Shown in pieces: positions 47,650 through 57,555 of a stretch of DNA of 64,000 bases; positions within the stretch are counted from its first letter, which is position 1, and every line of letters starts with the position of its first letter. Source of the stretch: Gemmatimonadota bacterium. GTDB taxonomy: Bacteria; Gemmatimonadota; Gemmatimonadetes; Gemmatimonadales; GWC2-71-9. The stretch spans positions 4,703 to 68,702 of the forward strand of contig JBBIUN010000017.1 of NCBI GenBank assembly GCA_037440225.1. The letters are read 5' to 3'. The notes beneath the pieces are model-generated. The model was not told the origin of the DNA. It ran no database searches and was given only the letters and a program-made list of their open reading frames with translations. Position numbers and translations under genes: made by a program.

Positions 47650-48891
47650 ATGATCCGCTTTACCACCGCCGGCGAGTCTCACGGAAAGGCCTTGGTGGCC
47701 ATCCTGGAAGGCATTCCCGCAGGGTTGCCGCTGCTTGCCGCGCAGGTCAATCACGAGCTGCGCCGGCGCATGAGCGGTTACGGCCGCGGGGCGCGGATGC
47801 AAATCGAAGCCGATACCGTGGAGTTCCTGAGCGGGGTACGAGCCGGGGAGACCATAGGCTCGCCCATCGCGATGCTCATCGCCAATCGCGACTGGGAAAA
47901 CTGGGCCGACGTGATGGCACCTGAGCCGGATGCCGAAATGGTTCCCCCCGCCGGCGAGGGACAGCCGGCAGCTGAGGCCGGCGGGCGAGGCCGCCGCCGG
48001 CAGGTCAAAAGACCCCGGCCGGGACACGCCGACCTGGTGGGCGTCCTCAAGTACGATCGCAGCGATGCCCGCGATATCCTGGAGCGCGCCAGCGCGCGAG
48101 AGACCGCCGCCCGCGTCGCCTGCGGCGCCGTCTGCCGGCGGCTGCTGGAAGAGTTCGGGGTCGAAATCGGAAGCCACGTGGTGGAGCTTGGGGGAATCCG
48201 CTCGGAGATCCCGGATCCCTTGCCCACCCCGCTCAACCAGGCGGCGGAGACCTCGCCGGTGCGCTGCCTGGATCCCGCCGCCTCGGAGGCCATGGTCAAG
48301 GCGATTGATGCGGCCAAGCAGGCCGGCGACACCTTGGGGGGCGTAGCGGAAGTGGTGGCGCGAGGGCTCCCACTCGGCCTGGGGTCGCACGTTTCCTGGG
48401 ACCGGAAGCTCGACGGCCGCATCGCCCAGGCCGTGATGTCCATCCCCGCGGTCAAGGGCGTGGAAATCGGCTTGGGCTTCGAAGCCGCGCGCCGGCCGGG
48501 CTCCCAGGTCCACGACGAGATCCTCGCCGGAGGTGGCTCGCAGGCCGGCGGCTTTGCCCGGCGCACCAACCGCGCCGGCGGCCTGGAGGGCGGGATCACC
48601 ACCGGGGAACCCCTGGTGGTGCGGGTCGCGATGAAGCCCATCTCGACCCTCATGCGGCCGTTGGCCACGGTGGACCTCGCCACCGGCGCCACCGCCAAAG
48701 CCCAATCGGAACGCTCCGACGTCACCGCGGTGCCCGCCATGGGCGTGATCGCCGAGGCCATGCTGGCTCTGGTGCTCGCGGGGGCGATGGTGGAGAAGTT
48801 CGGGGGAGATTCGCTGGTCGAAATGCGCGCCAACTACAGCGCCTACCTCGAGCGCCTGAGCCGCCGCTGGGACCGGCTCAAGGGCGAATGA
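47650..48891 (+). CDS. aroC: Chorismate synthase AroC
   Basis: Start trimmed to MIRFTTAGESHGKALVAILEGIPAGL. …RPGHADL…RSDVTAVPA…. Contains an Arg/Gly/Ala-rich insert. Confidence 0.9.
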   Translation: MIRFTTAGESHGKALVAILEGIPAGLPLLAAQVNHELRRRMSGYGRGARMQIEADTVEFLSGVRAGETIGSPIAMLIANRDWENWADVMAPEPDAEMVPPAGEGQPAAEAGGRGRRRQVKRPRPGHADLVGVLKYDRSDARDILERASARETAARVACGAVCRRLLEEFGVEIGSHVVELGGIRSEIPDPLPTPLNQAAETSPVRCLDPAASEAMVKAIDAAKQAGDTLGGVAEVVARGLPLGLGSHVSWDRKLDGRIAQAVMSIPAVKGVEIGLGFEAARRPGSQVHDEILAGGGSQAGGFARRTNRAGGLEGGITTGEPLVVRVAMKPISTLMRPLATVDLATGATAKAQSERSDVTAVPAMGVIAEAMLALVLAGAMVEKFGGDSLVEMRANYSAYLERLSRRWDRLKGE

Positions 48892-49409
48892 AGCGCCACA
48901 TCGTGCTGGTGGGCCTGCCGGGGAGCGGCAAGACCACGGTAGGCCGCCTGGTGGCTGCCCGACTGGGCGCGCCGTTCGTTGATCTGGACGACGCGATCGA
49001 GCGGCGTGCCGGCCGAACCATCTCCCAGCTCTTTGCCGAATGGGGCGAGGCACACTTCCGGATGCTCGAGCGCGAAGAGATGCGCCGCGTGCTGGCCGGC
49101 GAGCCCGCGGTCGTGGCCCCGGGCGGCGGGTGGGCTGCCCAGCCGGGGAACCTGGACGGCTTGGCGGGACTCGTGTTTACCGTCTACCTGGCCGCCAACC
49201 CGGAGCTGGCTGCAGCGCGGGCCGCCCGGGCACCGGAGGGCCGGCCCCTGCTCGCCGGGGCCGACGTGGAACGCATGCGCGAGCTTTTCGCCCTGAGGCG
49301 GGCCTTCTACGAACGGAGCGAGGCGGTAGTCCCAGCCGACGCCTCCGATCCGGATCGAGTGGCTGCCCAGGTGGTCGAACTTGCGCGATCCCGGGCCGGG
49401 TGGTATTAA
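48888..49409 (+). CDS. aroK: Shikimate kinase AroK
   Basis: ATGA overlap with aroC. IVLVGLPGSGKTTVGR…FVDLD..IE…FR..E. Confidence 0.85.
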   Translation: MKRHIVLVGLPGSGKTTVGRLVAARLGAPFVDLDDAIERRAGRTISQLFAEWGEAHFRMLEREEMRRVLAGEPAVVAPGGGWAAQPGNLDGLAGLVFTVYLAANPELAAARAARAPEGRPLLAGADVERMRELFALRRAFYERSEAVVPADASDPDRVAAQVVELARSRAGWY

Positions 49410-49677
49410 TCCCCGCCCTCTCAAGAGATCCCTGCTGCTGTTGCTCGTCGTCGCAACATATTGATCCACAACATGTTACGAAACAAGCCGCAGGGATGCT
49501 CAGATCGGGAAGGGAACCCGCTCGCCGGCCTCACGGTAGGGTGTTGGAAGGACGTTGAGGCCGGCCTGCCAGGATGGGAGGCGGCGCGTCGGTGCCGCTC
49601 GAGTCAGCCTGGTAGAGGGTTGACCGTGGACCACAGAGCACGAGTAGCTACATCGAGGCGGATCGAACCCGCAAACC

Positions 49678-51984
49678 ATGACTGAACGCAAGGCTTCACT
49701 GGTGGTGGTGGAGTCGCCGACCAAGGCGAAGACCATCGGCAAGTACCTGGGCAAAGGCTATACGGTCAAGGCGACCGTAGGCCATATCCGGGACTTGCCC
49801 CAGCGCGAGCTGGGTGTGGACATCGAGAAGGGGTTTGCCCCCAAGTACGTGACCATCCGGGGCAAGGGGAAGACCCTGGCTGAACTCAGACGGGCTGCCA
49901 AAGCGTCGCGGGCCGTGTACCTGGCCACGGACCCGGACCGGGAGGGGGAGGCTATTGCCTGGCACGTGGCCGAGCAGCTTGGTGACGGGGCCAAGGTCCG
50001 GCGGGTGCTCTTTCACGAAATCACCAAGGACGCGGTCCAGGCGGCCATGAAGCATCCGGTGGCGATTGACGACCGGAAGGTGGAAGCCCAGCAGGCGCGG
50101 CGGATTCTCGATCGCTTGGTGGGATACAAGGCGAGCCCGCTCTTGTGGAAGTCGGTCAAGCGGGGGCTCTCGGCGGGGCGGGTGCAGACGGTTGCGCTGC
50201 GGCTGATCGTGGAGCGCGAGGAGGAGATCCGGGCCTTCCGGCCGCAGGAGTACTGGACCATCGACGCCCAGTGCCAAGCGGAAGGCAAGCAGTTCACCGC
50301 GCGGCTGCACAAGATTGCCGGCAAGAAGCCTGAGCTGCACAATCGCGAGGCTGCGGCAGCGGTGGTGCGGGACATCACCGGCCGGCCCTTCGTGGTCTCC
50401 GACGTGGCCCGCAAAGAGCGGCGCAAGCGGCCGCCGCCCCCTTTTACCACCAGTACCCTCCAACAGGAAGCTGCCAAGCAGCTCGGGTTTTCCACGCAGC
50501 GGACTATGCGGGCCGCCCAGCAATTGTACGAGGGTGTCGAGATCGGGGGCGAGGGGGCGGTGGGCCTTATCACCTACATGCGCACCGACTCGACCCGGGT
50601 GGCGCCCGCGGCCATCGCAGCGGTGCGGGGATTCATCGGGCGGGAGTTCGGACCCGAGTATTTGCCGGACAAACCCAACGCCTACGCCAATCGCAAGGCG
50701 GCCCAGGACGCCCACGAGGCGGTGCGTCCCACGGACGTGCACCGCCGGCCCGAGCAGGTCAGGCCCTTCCTCTCGGCGGAACAGTTCAAGCTGTACCAGT
50801 TGATCTGGAAGCGGTTCGTGGCTTCCCAGATGACGCCGGTGGTGTATGACACGACTACCATAGACTTGGAGGTCCAGGGAGCGAAGGGCGGCAAGGGTTC
50901 GCAGGTGAAGGCGCCGGCTGGCGGCGGGCCCTATCTGTTTCGGGCCACGGGTTCGGTGGTGGTGTTCGACGGATACCACGTGCTGTATCGGGAGGGGCAC
51001 GAAGCCGAAGAGGGCGTGACCCTGGATGACTTGGCCCCGGTGCCGGCGCTCGCGGTGGGCCAGCAGGTGGAGGTGCGCGAGATCGTGCCCAGCCAGCACT
51101 TCACCGAGCCGCCGCCCCGCTACAGCGAGGCCAGCCTGGTGAAGGAGCTGGAGCGGCTGGGCATCGGCCGGCCGAGCACCTACGCCACCATCGTTTCCAC
51201 CCTGCGGCAGCGGGGCTACGTGCACACCCTGGCGCGGCGCTTCCAGCCCACCGAGTTGGGCGAGACCGTGGCCCGGGTGATGGTGAGCCGGTTCCCGGAC
51301 ATCTTCAACGTGGACTTCACCTCGGAGATGGAAGAAGAGCTGGACAAGGTGGAGGAGGGCGAACTCGGCTGGCAGAAGGTGCTTGAAGATTTCTGGCAGC
51401 CGTTTGCCGAGGCGCTGGGCAAGGTGGACACCCAGGCCATGATTCGGGAAGCTCACGATGTCGGCGACCTGGACCGCACGCCCTGCCCCGAGTGCGGCGG
51501 CAAGCTCACGGTCAAGAGCGGCCGGTTCGGGCCGTTCATTGCCTGTACCAACTACCCGGAATGCCGCTACACCAAGCCCTTGAAGCGGGACAAAGCTCCC
51601 GATCGCCCCACGGACGAGGTGTGCCGGGAGTGCGGCTCGCCAATGGTGATCAAGACCGGCCGATACGGGGAGTTCCTCGCTTGCAGCCGCTACCCGGAGT
51701 GCAAGCACACGCGGCCCATTCCCCTGGGGGTCAAGTGCCCGAGCTGCGGCGGTGACCTGGTGGAGCGGCGCACTCGGCGCGGCCGTTCGTTCTACGGCTG
51801 CTCGAACTACCCGGACTGCACCTTCAGCACCTGGCACCGGCCGGTGCCGGAGGTCTGCCCGCAGTGCGGTTTCCCGGGAGCGGAGCGGCGCGCCACCAAA
51901 GCTCGCGGGGAGTATCGCAAGTGCCTCAAGTGCGAGCACGAGTTCGCGGCACCGGAGGGAGCGGCGGCGCCGGTCGCACCGTGA
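49678..51984 (+). CDS. topA: DNA topoisomerase I TopA with four C-terminal C4 zinc ribbons
   Basis: 768 aa. Toprim domain LVVVESPTKAKTIGKYLG. YLATDPDREGEAIAWH. Active-site region ITYMRTDS. Four CxxC…CxxC fingers. Confidence 0.95.
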   Translation: MTERKASLVVVESPTKAKTIGKYLGKGYTVKATVGHIRDLPQRELGVDIEKGFAPKYVTIRGKGKTLAELRRAAKASRAVYLATDPDREGEAIAWHVAEQLGDGAKVRRVLFHEITKDAVQAAMKHPVAIDDRKVEAQQARRILDRLVGYKASPLLWKSVKRGLSAGRVQTVALRLIVEREEEIRAFRPQEYWTIDAQCQAEGKQFTARLHKIAGKKPELHNREAAAAVVRDITGRPFVVSDVARKERRKRPPPPFTTSTLQQEAAKQLGFSTQRTMRAAQQLYEGVEIGGEGAVGLITYMRTDSTRVAPAAIAAVRGFIGREFGPEYLPDKPNAYANRKAAQDAHEAVRPTDVHRRPEQVRPFLSAEQFKLYQLIWKRFVASQMTPVVYDTTTIDLEVQGAKGGKGSQVKAPAGGGPYLFRATGSVVVFDGYHVLYREGHEAEEGVTLDDLAPVPALAVGQQVEVREIVPSQHFTEPPPRYSEASLVKELERLGIGRPSTYATIVSTLRQRGYVHTLARRFQPTELGETVARVMVSRFPDIFNVDFTSEMEEELDKVEEGELGWQKVLEDFWQPFAEALGKVDTQAMIREAHDVGDLDRTPCPECGGKLTVKSGRFGPFIACTNYPECRYTKPLKRDKAPDRPTDEVCRECGSPMVIKTGRYGEFLACSRYPECKHTRPIPLGVKCPSCGGDLVERRTRRGRSFYGCSNYPDCTFSTWHRPVPEVCPQCGFPGAERRATKARGEYRKCLKCEHEFAAPEGAAAPVAP

Positions 51985-53378
51985 AGGCCACCGTGGTGGG
52001 TGGCGGCCTCGCGGGCTGCGAGGCGGCTTGGGCGCTGGCCCAGCGCGGCATCGCGGTGACCCTGTACGAGATGCGCCCGCTGGTCTCGACGCCCGCCCAT
52101 CGCACCGACCGGCTGGCCGAGATCGTCTGCTCGAATACCTTCAAGTCCACCGAGCTGACCAATGCCCACGGCCTGCTCAAAGCCGAGCTGACCTTGTTGG
52201 GGAGCCTGCTGCTGGAGGTGGCGACAGGCACCAGGGTTCCCGGTGGGGCGGCGTTGGCGGTGGACCGCGCGCTGTTCAGCGAGGAGGTGACCCGCCGGGT
52301 GCTGGCACACCCGCGGATCACGGTGGTACGCGAGGAGGTCGCGGACCTGCCCTCGCCTGCCGTGGTGGCCACCGGCCCGCTCACCTCGGACCGGCTGGCA
52401 CGAGCCATGGTGCAACGCTTGGGCTCGGCTTCGCTCGCCTTCTACGACGCCATCGCGCCGATCGTGAGCGGCGACTCGCTGGAGTGGGATCGGTTGTACC
52501 GGGCCTCGCGCTACGGCAAAGGCGGCGGCGACGATTACCTGAACGCGCCGCTCTCGGAGGAGGCGTATGACGCCTTCGTGGAGGCCTTGTGCGAGGCGGA
52601 GCAATTCCAGGGCCACGACTTCGACCCCGTGCCCAGGGGCGATGCGGCGGGCCTTGCGACGGCGCGCACCGAGACCGCCGTCTTGTACTTCGAAGGCTGC
52701 CTGCCTATCGAGGAGATGGCTCGGCGCGGCAAGGACGTCTTGCGGTTCGGGCCGATGAAGCCGGTAGGGCTGCCCGATCCGCGCACGGGGGTCGAACCGT
52801 ACGCGGTGGTCCAGCTCCGGCAGGAGGATCGCGCCGGACAGATGTGGAACCTGGTGGGGTTCCAGACGCGGATGACGATCCCGGCCCAGCAGCGGGTGTT
52901 CCGGACCCTCCCGGGGCTCTCCCGCGCCGAATTCCTGCGGTACGGGAGCATTCACCGGAATACCTATCTCAACAGTCCGGCGAGCCTCACGGCCCATCTC
53001 TCGGCGCGCGACGACGAGCGGTTGCTGTTCGCGGGACAACTGGTGGGGGTCGAGGGCTACACCGAATCGCTGGGCACCGGGCTTCTGGCCGGCATGAATC
53101 TGGCGCGCCTGCTCAAGGGCGAGCCTCCGGTCATTCCTCCCGCTGAGACCATGCTGGGGGCCTTGCTGCGCTACGTGCACCAGGCGGACCCGGCGCATTT
53201 TCAGCCGATGAATGCCAACTTTGGGCTTCTGCCGCCGCTCGAGCGGCGGGTGCGGGATCCCAAGCGCCGCAAGCAGTTGCTCGCGGATCGCGCCTTGGCT
53301 GCCATGCGACGGTTCGCGATGGCGGTCGGTGCCGCGGAGCGGGAGGGCGCTGCGCCGGCAGGCAGCACGCTTTGGTGA
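51981..53378 (+). CDS. trmFO: Methylenetetrahydrofolate--tRNA-(uracil-5-)-methyltransferase TrmFO (Gid)
   Basis: GTG 51981 overlaps the topA stop (GTGA). VVGGGLAGCEAAWALAQRG FAD motif. …CSNTFKS…GFQT…AGQ..GVEGY.ES. Confidence 0.85.
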   Translation: MKATVVGGGLAGCEAAWALAQRGIAVTLYEMRPLVSTPAHRTDRLAEIVCSNTFKSTELTNAHGLLKAELTLLGSLLLEVATGTRVPGGAALAVDRALFSEEVTRRVLAHPRITVVREEVADLPSPAVVATGPLTSDRLARAMVQRLGSASLAFYDAIAPIVSGDSLEWDRLYRASRYGKGGGDDYLNAPLSEEAYDAFVEALCEAEQFQGHDFDPVPRGDAAGLATARTETAVLYFEGCLPIEEMARRGKDVLRFGPMKPVGLPDPRTGVEPYAVVQLRQEDRAGQMWNLVGFQTRMTIPAQQRVFRTLPGLSRAEFLRYGSIHRNTYLNSPASLTAHLSARDDERLLFAGQLVGVEGYTESLGTGLLAGMNLARLLKGEPPVIPPAETMLGALLRYVHQADPAHFQPMNANFGLLPPLERRVRDPKRRKQLLADRALAAMRRFAMAVGAAEREGAAPAGSTLW

Positions 53379-53419
53379 GCGCCCGATCCGGCCGGATGCT
53401 TCCCGCGGGGACGCCCGCG

Positions 53420-54349
53420 ATGCCTGCCGATCCGCTGGTCCGCGAGTTCCTCGCCTATCTTTCCAAGGAGCGCAACGATTCGCCCCATACGGTCAAGGCG
53501 TATGGGCGGGATTTGGCGTTGTTCCGGGAGTTCGCGGGCGACTACTATGGCGGTAGCCAGGCGTGGAGCTGGGCCGGCGTGGACCGGCTGGCGCTGCGCG
53601 GGTTCATGGGGTGGTTGCAGCGGCGTGGCCTGGCCAAGCGGTCCGTGGCGCGCGCGGTTTCGGCCTTGCGCACGTTTTACCGCTTCTTGGGGCTGCGGCA
53701 CGGCTTGGAGGTGAACCCTGCCCGCGGGGTGCGGCTCCCCAGGGCGGAAAAGCGGCTGCCCGGCTGGCTGGACCGCGCTGGAGTGGATGAGCTGTTCCGG
53801 TCGGCGGAGGCGCTGGCGGCGAGCGGAGCCTTTGCCGGGCTCCGGGACCTCGCCCTGCTCGAGACCTTGTACGCCACGGGCATGCGCCTGTCGGAGATCG
53901 CGGGCCTCAACCTGGGGGACGTGGACCTGGTGTCGGACCAAGTCAAGGTGCGGGGGAAGGGGAAGAAGGAGCGCTTGCTCCCGCTCGGGAGTTACGCCGT
54001 TCGGGCGCTGAGGCGCTACTATGGAGCGCGAGAGGAGCTGCTGGCGTCCGTGCCGGCAAGTCGGGCGGACCGGCGGGCGGTGTTCGTCTCCCGGCGGGGG
54101 GGCCGGCTCGCACCTCGCACCATCCAGGGCATCGTGCGCCGGCACCTGGCGCGGGTGGATGATCGCCCCGGCCTCAAGACCCACAGCCTGCGGCACAGTT
54201 TTGCGACCCATCTGCTGGACGCCGGGGCGGACCTTCGGGCGGTACAGGAGCTATTGGGTCATGCATCGTTGAGCACCACGCAGGTGTATACTCATACCAG
54301 CGTGGAGCAGCTCAAGAAGGTGTACCAGCAGGCCCACCCCCGGGCCTGA
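53420..54349 (+). CDS. xerC: Tyrosine site-specific recombinase XerC/XerD (CodV-like)
   Basis: …[23 protein letters not shown]… SAM-like N-domain. Catalytic RxxxLxxxGxR…HxLRH…LGH…Y (ATGMRLSE…[12 protein letters not shown]…[15 protein letters not shown]). The start is ambiguous (TTG 53372, ATG 53396 or ATG 53420). Confidence 0.85.
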   Translation: MPADPLVREFLAYLSKERNDSPHTVKAYGRDLALFREFAGDYYGGSQAWSWAGVDRLALRGFMGWLQRRGLAKRSVARAVSALRTFYRFLGLRHGLEVNPARGVRLPRAEKRLPGWLDRAGVDELFRSAEALAASGAFAGLRDLALLETLYATGMRLSEIAGLNLGDVDLVSDQVKVRGKGKKERLLPLGSYAVRALRRYYGAREELLASVPASRADRRAVFVSRRGGRLAPRTIQGIVRRHLARVDDRPGLKTHSLRHSFATHLLDAGADLRAVQELLGHASLSTTQVYTHTSVEQLKKVYQQAHPRA

Positions 54350-54393
54350 GGAGTCGGGACGGATTGCACCAGCGAGGGGGAGGAGATCGCGAG

Positions 54394-54933
54394 GTGAGCA
54401 GGATGATGCGCGCCACCACCATTCTGGCGGTCCGCAAGGACGGCAAGCTGGCCATGGGTGGAGACGGGCAGGTGACGGTAGGCGAGACGGTGATGAAGCA
54501 GCACGCGGTCAAGGTGCGCGCCCTGGCGGACGGGAAGGTGCTGGCCGGCTTCGCGGGCGCGGCGGCGGACGCGCTCACGTTGTTCGAAAAGTTCGAGGAG
54601 AAGCTGCAGCGCTTTCCCGGCAACCTCCCGCGGGCCGCGGTGGAGCTGGCCAAGGATTGGCGCAGCGACCGGGTGCTCCGGCGCCTCGACGCCCTGCTGG
54701 TCGTGGCGGATGCGCATCACGGGTACCTGATCAGCGGGACCGGCGAGCTGATCGAGCCCGACGACGGGCTGCTGGCGATCGGGAGCGGCGGCCAGTACGC
54801 CCTGGCGGCGGCCCGGGCGCTGGCAGCGCACTCCAGCCTCTCGGCGCGGGATATCGTCCAGCGCAGCCTGGAGATCGCCGCCGACATCTGCGTCTTTACC
54901 AATCACCACATCACGGTCCTGGAGCTGGGATGA
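54394..54933 (+). CDS. hslV: ATP-dependent protease subunit HslV (ClpQ)
   Basis: …[22 protein letters not shown]… catalytic Thr region. GTG 54394 lies 8 nt after the ggaggag SD; ATG 54403 is the alternative start. Confidence 0.9.
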   Translation: MSRMMRATTILAVRKDGKLAMGGDGQVTVGETVMKQHAVKVRALADGKVLAGFAGAAADALTLFEKFEEKLQRFPGNLPRAAVELAKDWRSDRVLRRLDALLVVADAHHGYLISGTGELIEPDDGLLAIGSGGQYALAAARALAAHSSLSARDIVQRSLEIAADICVFTNHHITVLELG

Positions 54934-55020
54934 GCAAAACCGGCTGCGAAGGTACGAGCCAGGCGCTGGCTCGCGGTGACGGCACACGGTGACTGAAGGG
55001 GAACGGACCGGCGGAGTGCG

Positions 55021-56541
55021 ATGACGGAACCTCAGGGAGTAGGTCCCATCGAGGAGCGGCTGGAAGCGGCGGACCAGGGTCCCCAGGCTCTGCCCTGGCT
55101 GGAGGAGCTGCCGCCCAAACAGATCGTGGCCGAGCTGGACCGCTACATCGTGGGACAGGAAGCGGCCAAGCGGGCCGTCGCCATCGCGGTGAGGAACCGG
55201 TGGCGCCGCGCCCAGGCACCCGAGGAGATCCGGGACGAGATCCTGCCCAACAACATCATCATGATCGGGCCTACGGGCGTGGGAAAGACCGAGATCGCCC
55301 GCCGCTTGGCGCGCCTGGCGGGAGCGCCGTTCATCAAGGTGGAAGCGTCCAAGTTCACCGAGGTGGGCTACGTGGGCCGCGACGTGGAGTCCATGGTCCG
55401 GGACCTGGTGGATGCGGCCATCAACATGGTGAGAGGCGAACGGGAGGACGAAGTGTACCCGCTCGCCGAGGAGCGCGCCGAGGAGCGGTTGTTGGACTTG
55501 CTCTTGCCGGCGCCGGCCCCGGGCCCGGCGGGCCCGCCCGAGGCGGCGTCCGGGCAGGCCGGGGAATCCCCGTCGCCGCCCGGCGACCGGCCGCTCTTCG
55601 TGGTGACGTCCAAGGGCCAAGCCCAACGGGAAGACGTTCCGGAGACCGCGGAGCGGCAGCGGCGCACCCGGGAGAAACTCCGCCAGATGCTCAGGGACGG
55701 CAAGCTCGAGGACCGGGAGGTGGAGGTAGAAGTCTCCCAGCAGAACTTTCCCTTGCTCGAGTACATGCAGCCGCCGCCGGGCATGGAGGGGCCGGACGTC
55801 AACTTCATGGAGATGCTCCAGGAGATGCTGCCCAAGCGCAAGAAGCGGCGTACGGTGCGGCTTTCGGAAGCGCGGCGGATCCTGATTGACGAGGAACTGC
55901 GCAAGCTGGTGGACATGGACGACGTGGTGAACGAGGCCCTGGATCGGGTGGAGAACCACGGCATCATCTTCGTGGACGAGATTGACAAGATTGCCGGGGA
56001 GCGGGGGACCGTAGGTCCGGATGTCTCCCGCGAGGGCGTCCAGCGGGACCTCCTGCCCATCGTGGAGGGCTCGACGGTGCAGACCCGCTACGGCTACGTG
56101 CGCACCGACCACATCCTGTTCATCGCGGCGGGGGCCTTTCACGTCTCCAAGCCCTCGGACCTGATCCCGGAACTCCAGGGACGCTTCCCCATTCGGGTGG
56201 AGCTGAGCCCGCTCACCCAGGCGGACTTCGTGCGCATCATGACCGAGCCGGAGAACGCCCTCACCAAACAGTACGCCGCTCTCTGCGCTGCCGAGGGCGC
56301 CGAACTGGTCTTCACCCCGGACGGGGTGGAGGAGGTGGCCCGCATCGCCTGCCTGCTCAACGAACGCATGGAAAACATCGGCGCTCGCCGGCTCCACACC
56401 GTGATGACCACCCTGTTAGAAGACCTGCTGTTCGAGCTGCCCGATACCAAGGAGAAGAGGTTTGTCTTCGACCAGGCCCGGGTGCGGGAGCGGTTGATGC
56501 GCATCGTGAACGACGAGGATCTCCGCAAGTACATCCTCTAG
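55021..56541 (+). CDS. hslU: ATP-dependent protease ATPase subunit HslU (ClpY)
   Basis: [32 protein letters not shown]…[20 protein letters not shown]…FVDEIDKI…. 506 aa with an enlarged I-domain. Confidence 0.95.
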   Translation: MTEPQGVGPIEERLEAADQGPQALPWLEELPPKQIVAELDRYIVGQEAAKRAVAIAVRNRWRRAQAPEEIRDEILPNNIIMIGPTGVGKTEIARRLARLAGAPFIKVEASKFTEVGYVGRDVESMVRDLVDAAINMVRGEREDEVYPLAEERAEERLLDLLLPAPAPGPAGPPEAASGQAGESPSPPGDRPLFVVTSKGQAQREDVPETAERQRRTREKLRQMLRDGKLEDREVEVEVSQQNFPLLEYMQPPPGMEGPDVNFMEMLQEMLPKRKKRRTVRLSEARRILIDEELRKLVDMDDVVNEALDRVENHGIIFVDEIDKIAGERGTVGPDVSREGVQRDLLPIVEGSTVQTRYGYVRTDHILFIAAGAFHVSKPSDLIPELQGRFPIRVELSPLTQADFVRIMTEPENALTKQYAALCAAEGAELVFTPDGVEEVARIACLLNERMENIGARRLHTVMTTLLEDLLFELPDTKEKRFVFDQARVRERLMRIVNDEDLRKYIL

Positions 56542-56591
56542 ACCGAATCCGCTAAACCCACATCCTCCCGCCCGCGCCTTTACATCCCCTC

Positions 56592-56628
56592 GACAGGCGA
56601 GTAGAATCACCTCGCCGCCTGTCATTTT
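56592..56628 (+). terminator. Intrinsic terminator after hslU
   Basis: Stem gacaggcgag/ctcgc(cg)cctgtc with a small bulge, followed by atttt. Confidence 0.6.
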
Positions 56629-56649
56629 GACCTACCCGGGTCCGAGGCT

Positions 56650-57555
56650 ATGCCGAAACGAGATTTTCTGGCTCTCAACGATCTGTCCGCCGCCGAGATC
56701 GAGGCGCTGTTCGAGCTGGCGGCGCAGATGAAGGCCGGCCGGTATCGCGAGCGGCCGCTGGCGGGGAAGACCTTGGCGATGCTTTTCGCCAAGAGCAGCA
56801 CCCGGACGAGGGTCTCCTTCGAGGTGGGGATGTACCAGTTGGGCGGCCAGGCCCTGTTCTTGTCCGCCCGGGACATCCAGCTTGGCCGCGGCGAGCCCAT
56901 CAGGGACACCGCGCGGGTGCTTTCGCGCTACGTGGACGGCATCATGATTCGCACCTATGCGCACGCGGAAGCGGAGGAGCTGGCCCGCTACGCCACAGTG
57001 CCGGTGATCAACGGGCTTACGGATCTCTTGCACCCCTGCCAGGTGTTGGCGGACCTGTACACGGTGCGCGAGGCGCTGGGCGGCTGGGAGGGGAAGGCGG
57101 TGGCGTGGGTGGGCGACGGCAACAATATGGCAAATGCCTGGCTGCAGGCGGCCGAAGTGTTGGGGTTCGAGCTGCGGCTGGCCTGCCCGGAGGGCTATGA
57201 GCCGGACCACCGGATCTTCGAGCAGGCCAAGAGCCGCTCGCCGGTAAGCATCACGGAGTTGCCGGAGGAGGCGGTGCGGGGGGCGGACGTGGTGAGCACC
57301 GACGTCTGGGCCTCGATGGGCCAGGAAGAAGAGGCCGAGGCACGGCGCCTGGCGTTTCAGGGCTACACCGTGGACGCCGCGCTCATGAAGCTCGCGGCCC
57401 CCGGAGCGATTTTTCTGCACTGTCTGCCGGCGCACCGGGGGGAGGAAGTGAGCGATGAGGTGATCGAAGGACCGCAGTCGAAGGTCTTCGACGAGGCCGA
57501 GAACCGGCTGCACGTTCAAAAAGCGTTGCTGGCCACCCTCATGGGGGGAGCATGA
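56650..57555 (+). CDS. argF: Ornithine carbamoyltransferase ArgF
   Basis: FAKSSTRTRVSFE, HPCQ, GDGNNMANA, DVWASMGQE and HCLPAHRGEE are OTCase signatures. Confidence 0.9.
   Translation: MPKRDFLALNDLSAAEIEALFELAAQMKAGRYRERPLAGKTLAMLFAKSSTRTRVSFEVGMYQLGGQALFLSARDIQLGRGEPIRDTARVLSRYVDGIMIRTYAHAEAEELARYATVPVINGLTDLLHPCQVLADLYTVREALGGWEGKAVAWVGDGNNMANAWLQAAEVLGFELRLACPEGYEPDHRIFEQAKSRSPVSITELPEEAVRGADVVSTDVWASMGQEEEAEARRLAFQGYTVDAALMKLAAPGAIFLHCLPAHRGEEVSDEVIEGPQSKVFDEAENRLHVQKALLATLMGGA

Noticed and set aside
49648-49672. tRNA/tmRNA-like T-arm motif (minus strand GCGGGTTCGATCCGC) just upstream of topA.
   Set aside because: The T-stem pairs poorly. The rest of a cloverleaf would have to lie inside the conserved topA Toprim coding sequence. 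No CCA or acceptor complement was found.
53372-54349. The tyrosine recombinase as a marker of an integrated mobile element or prophage.
   Set aside because: It is embedded in the conserved topA-trmFO-xerC-hslVU housekeeping synteny with overlapping or tight junctions. There are no flanking direct repeats, no tRNA and no phage-like genes.
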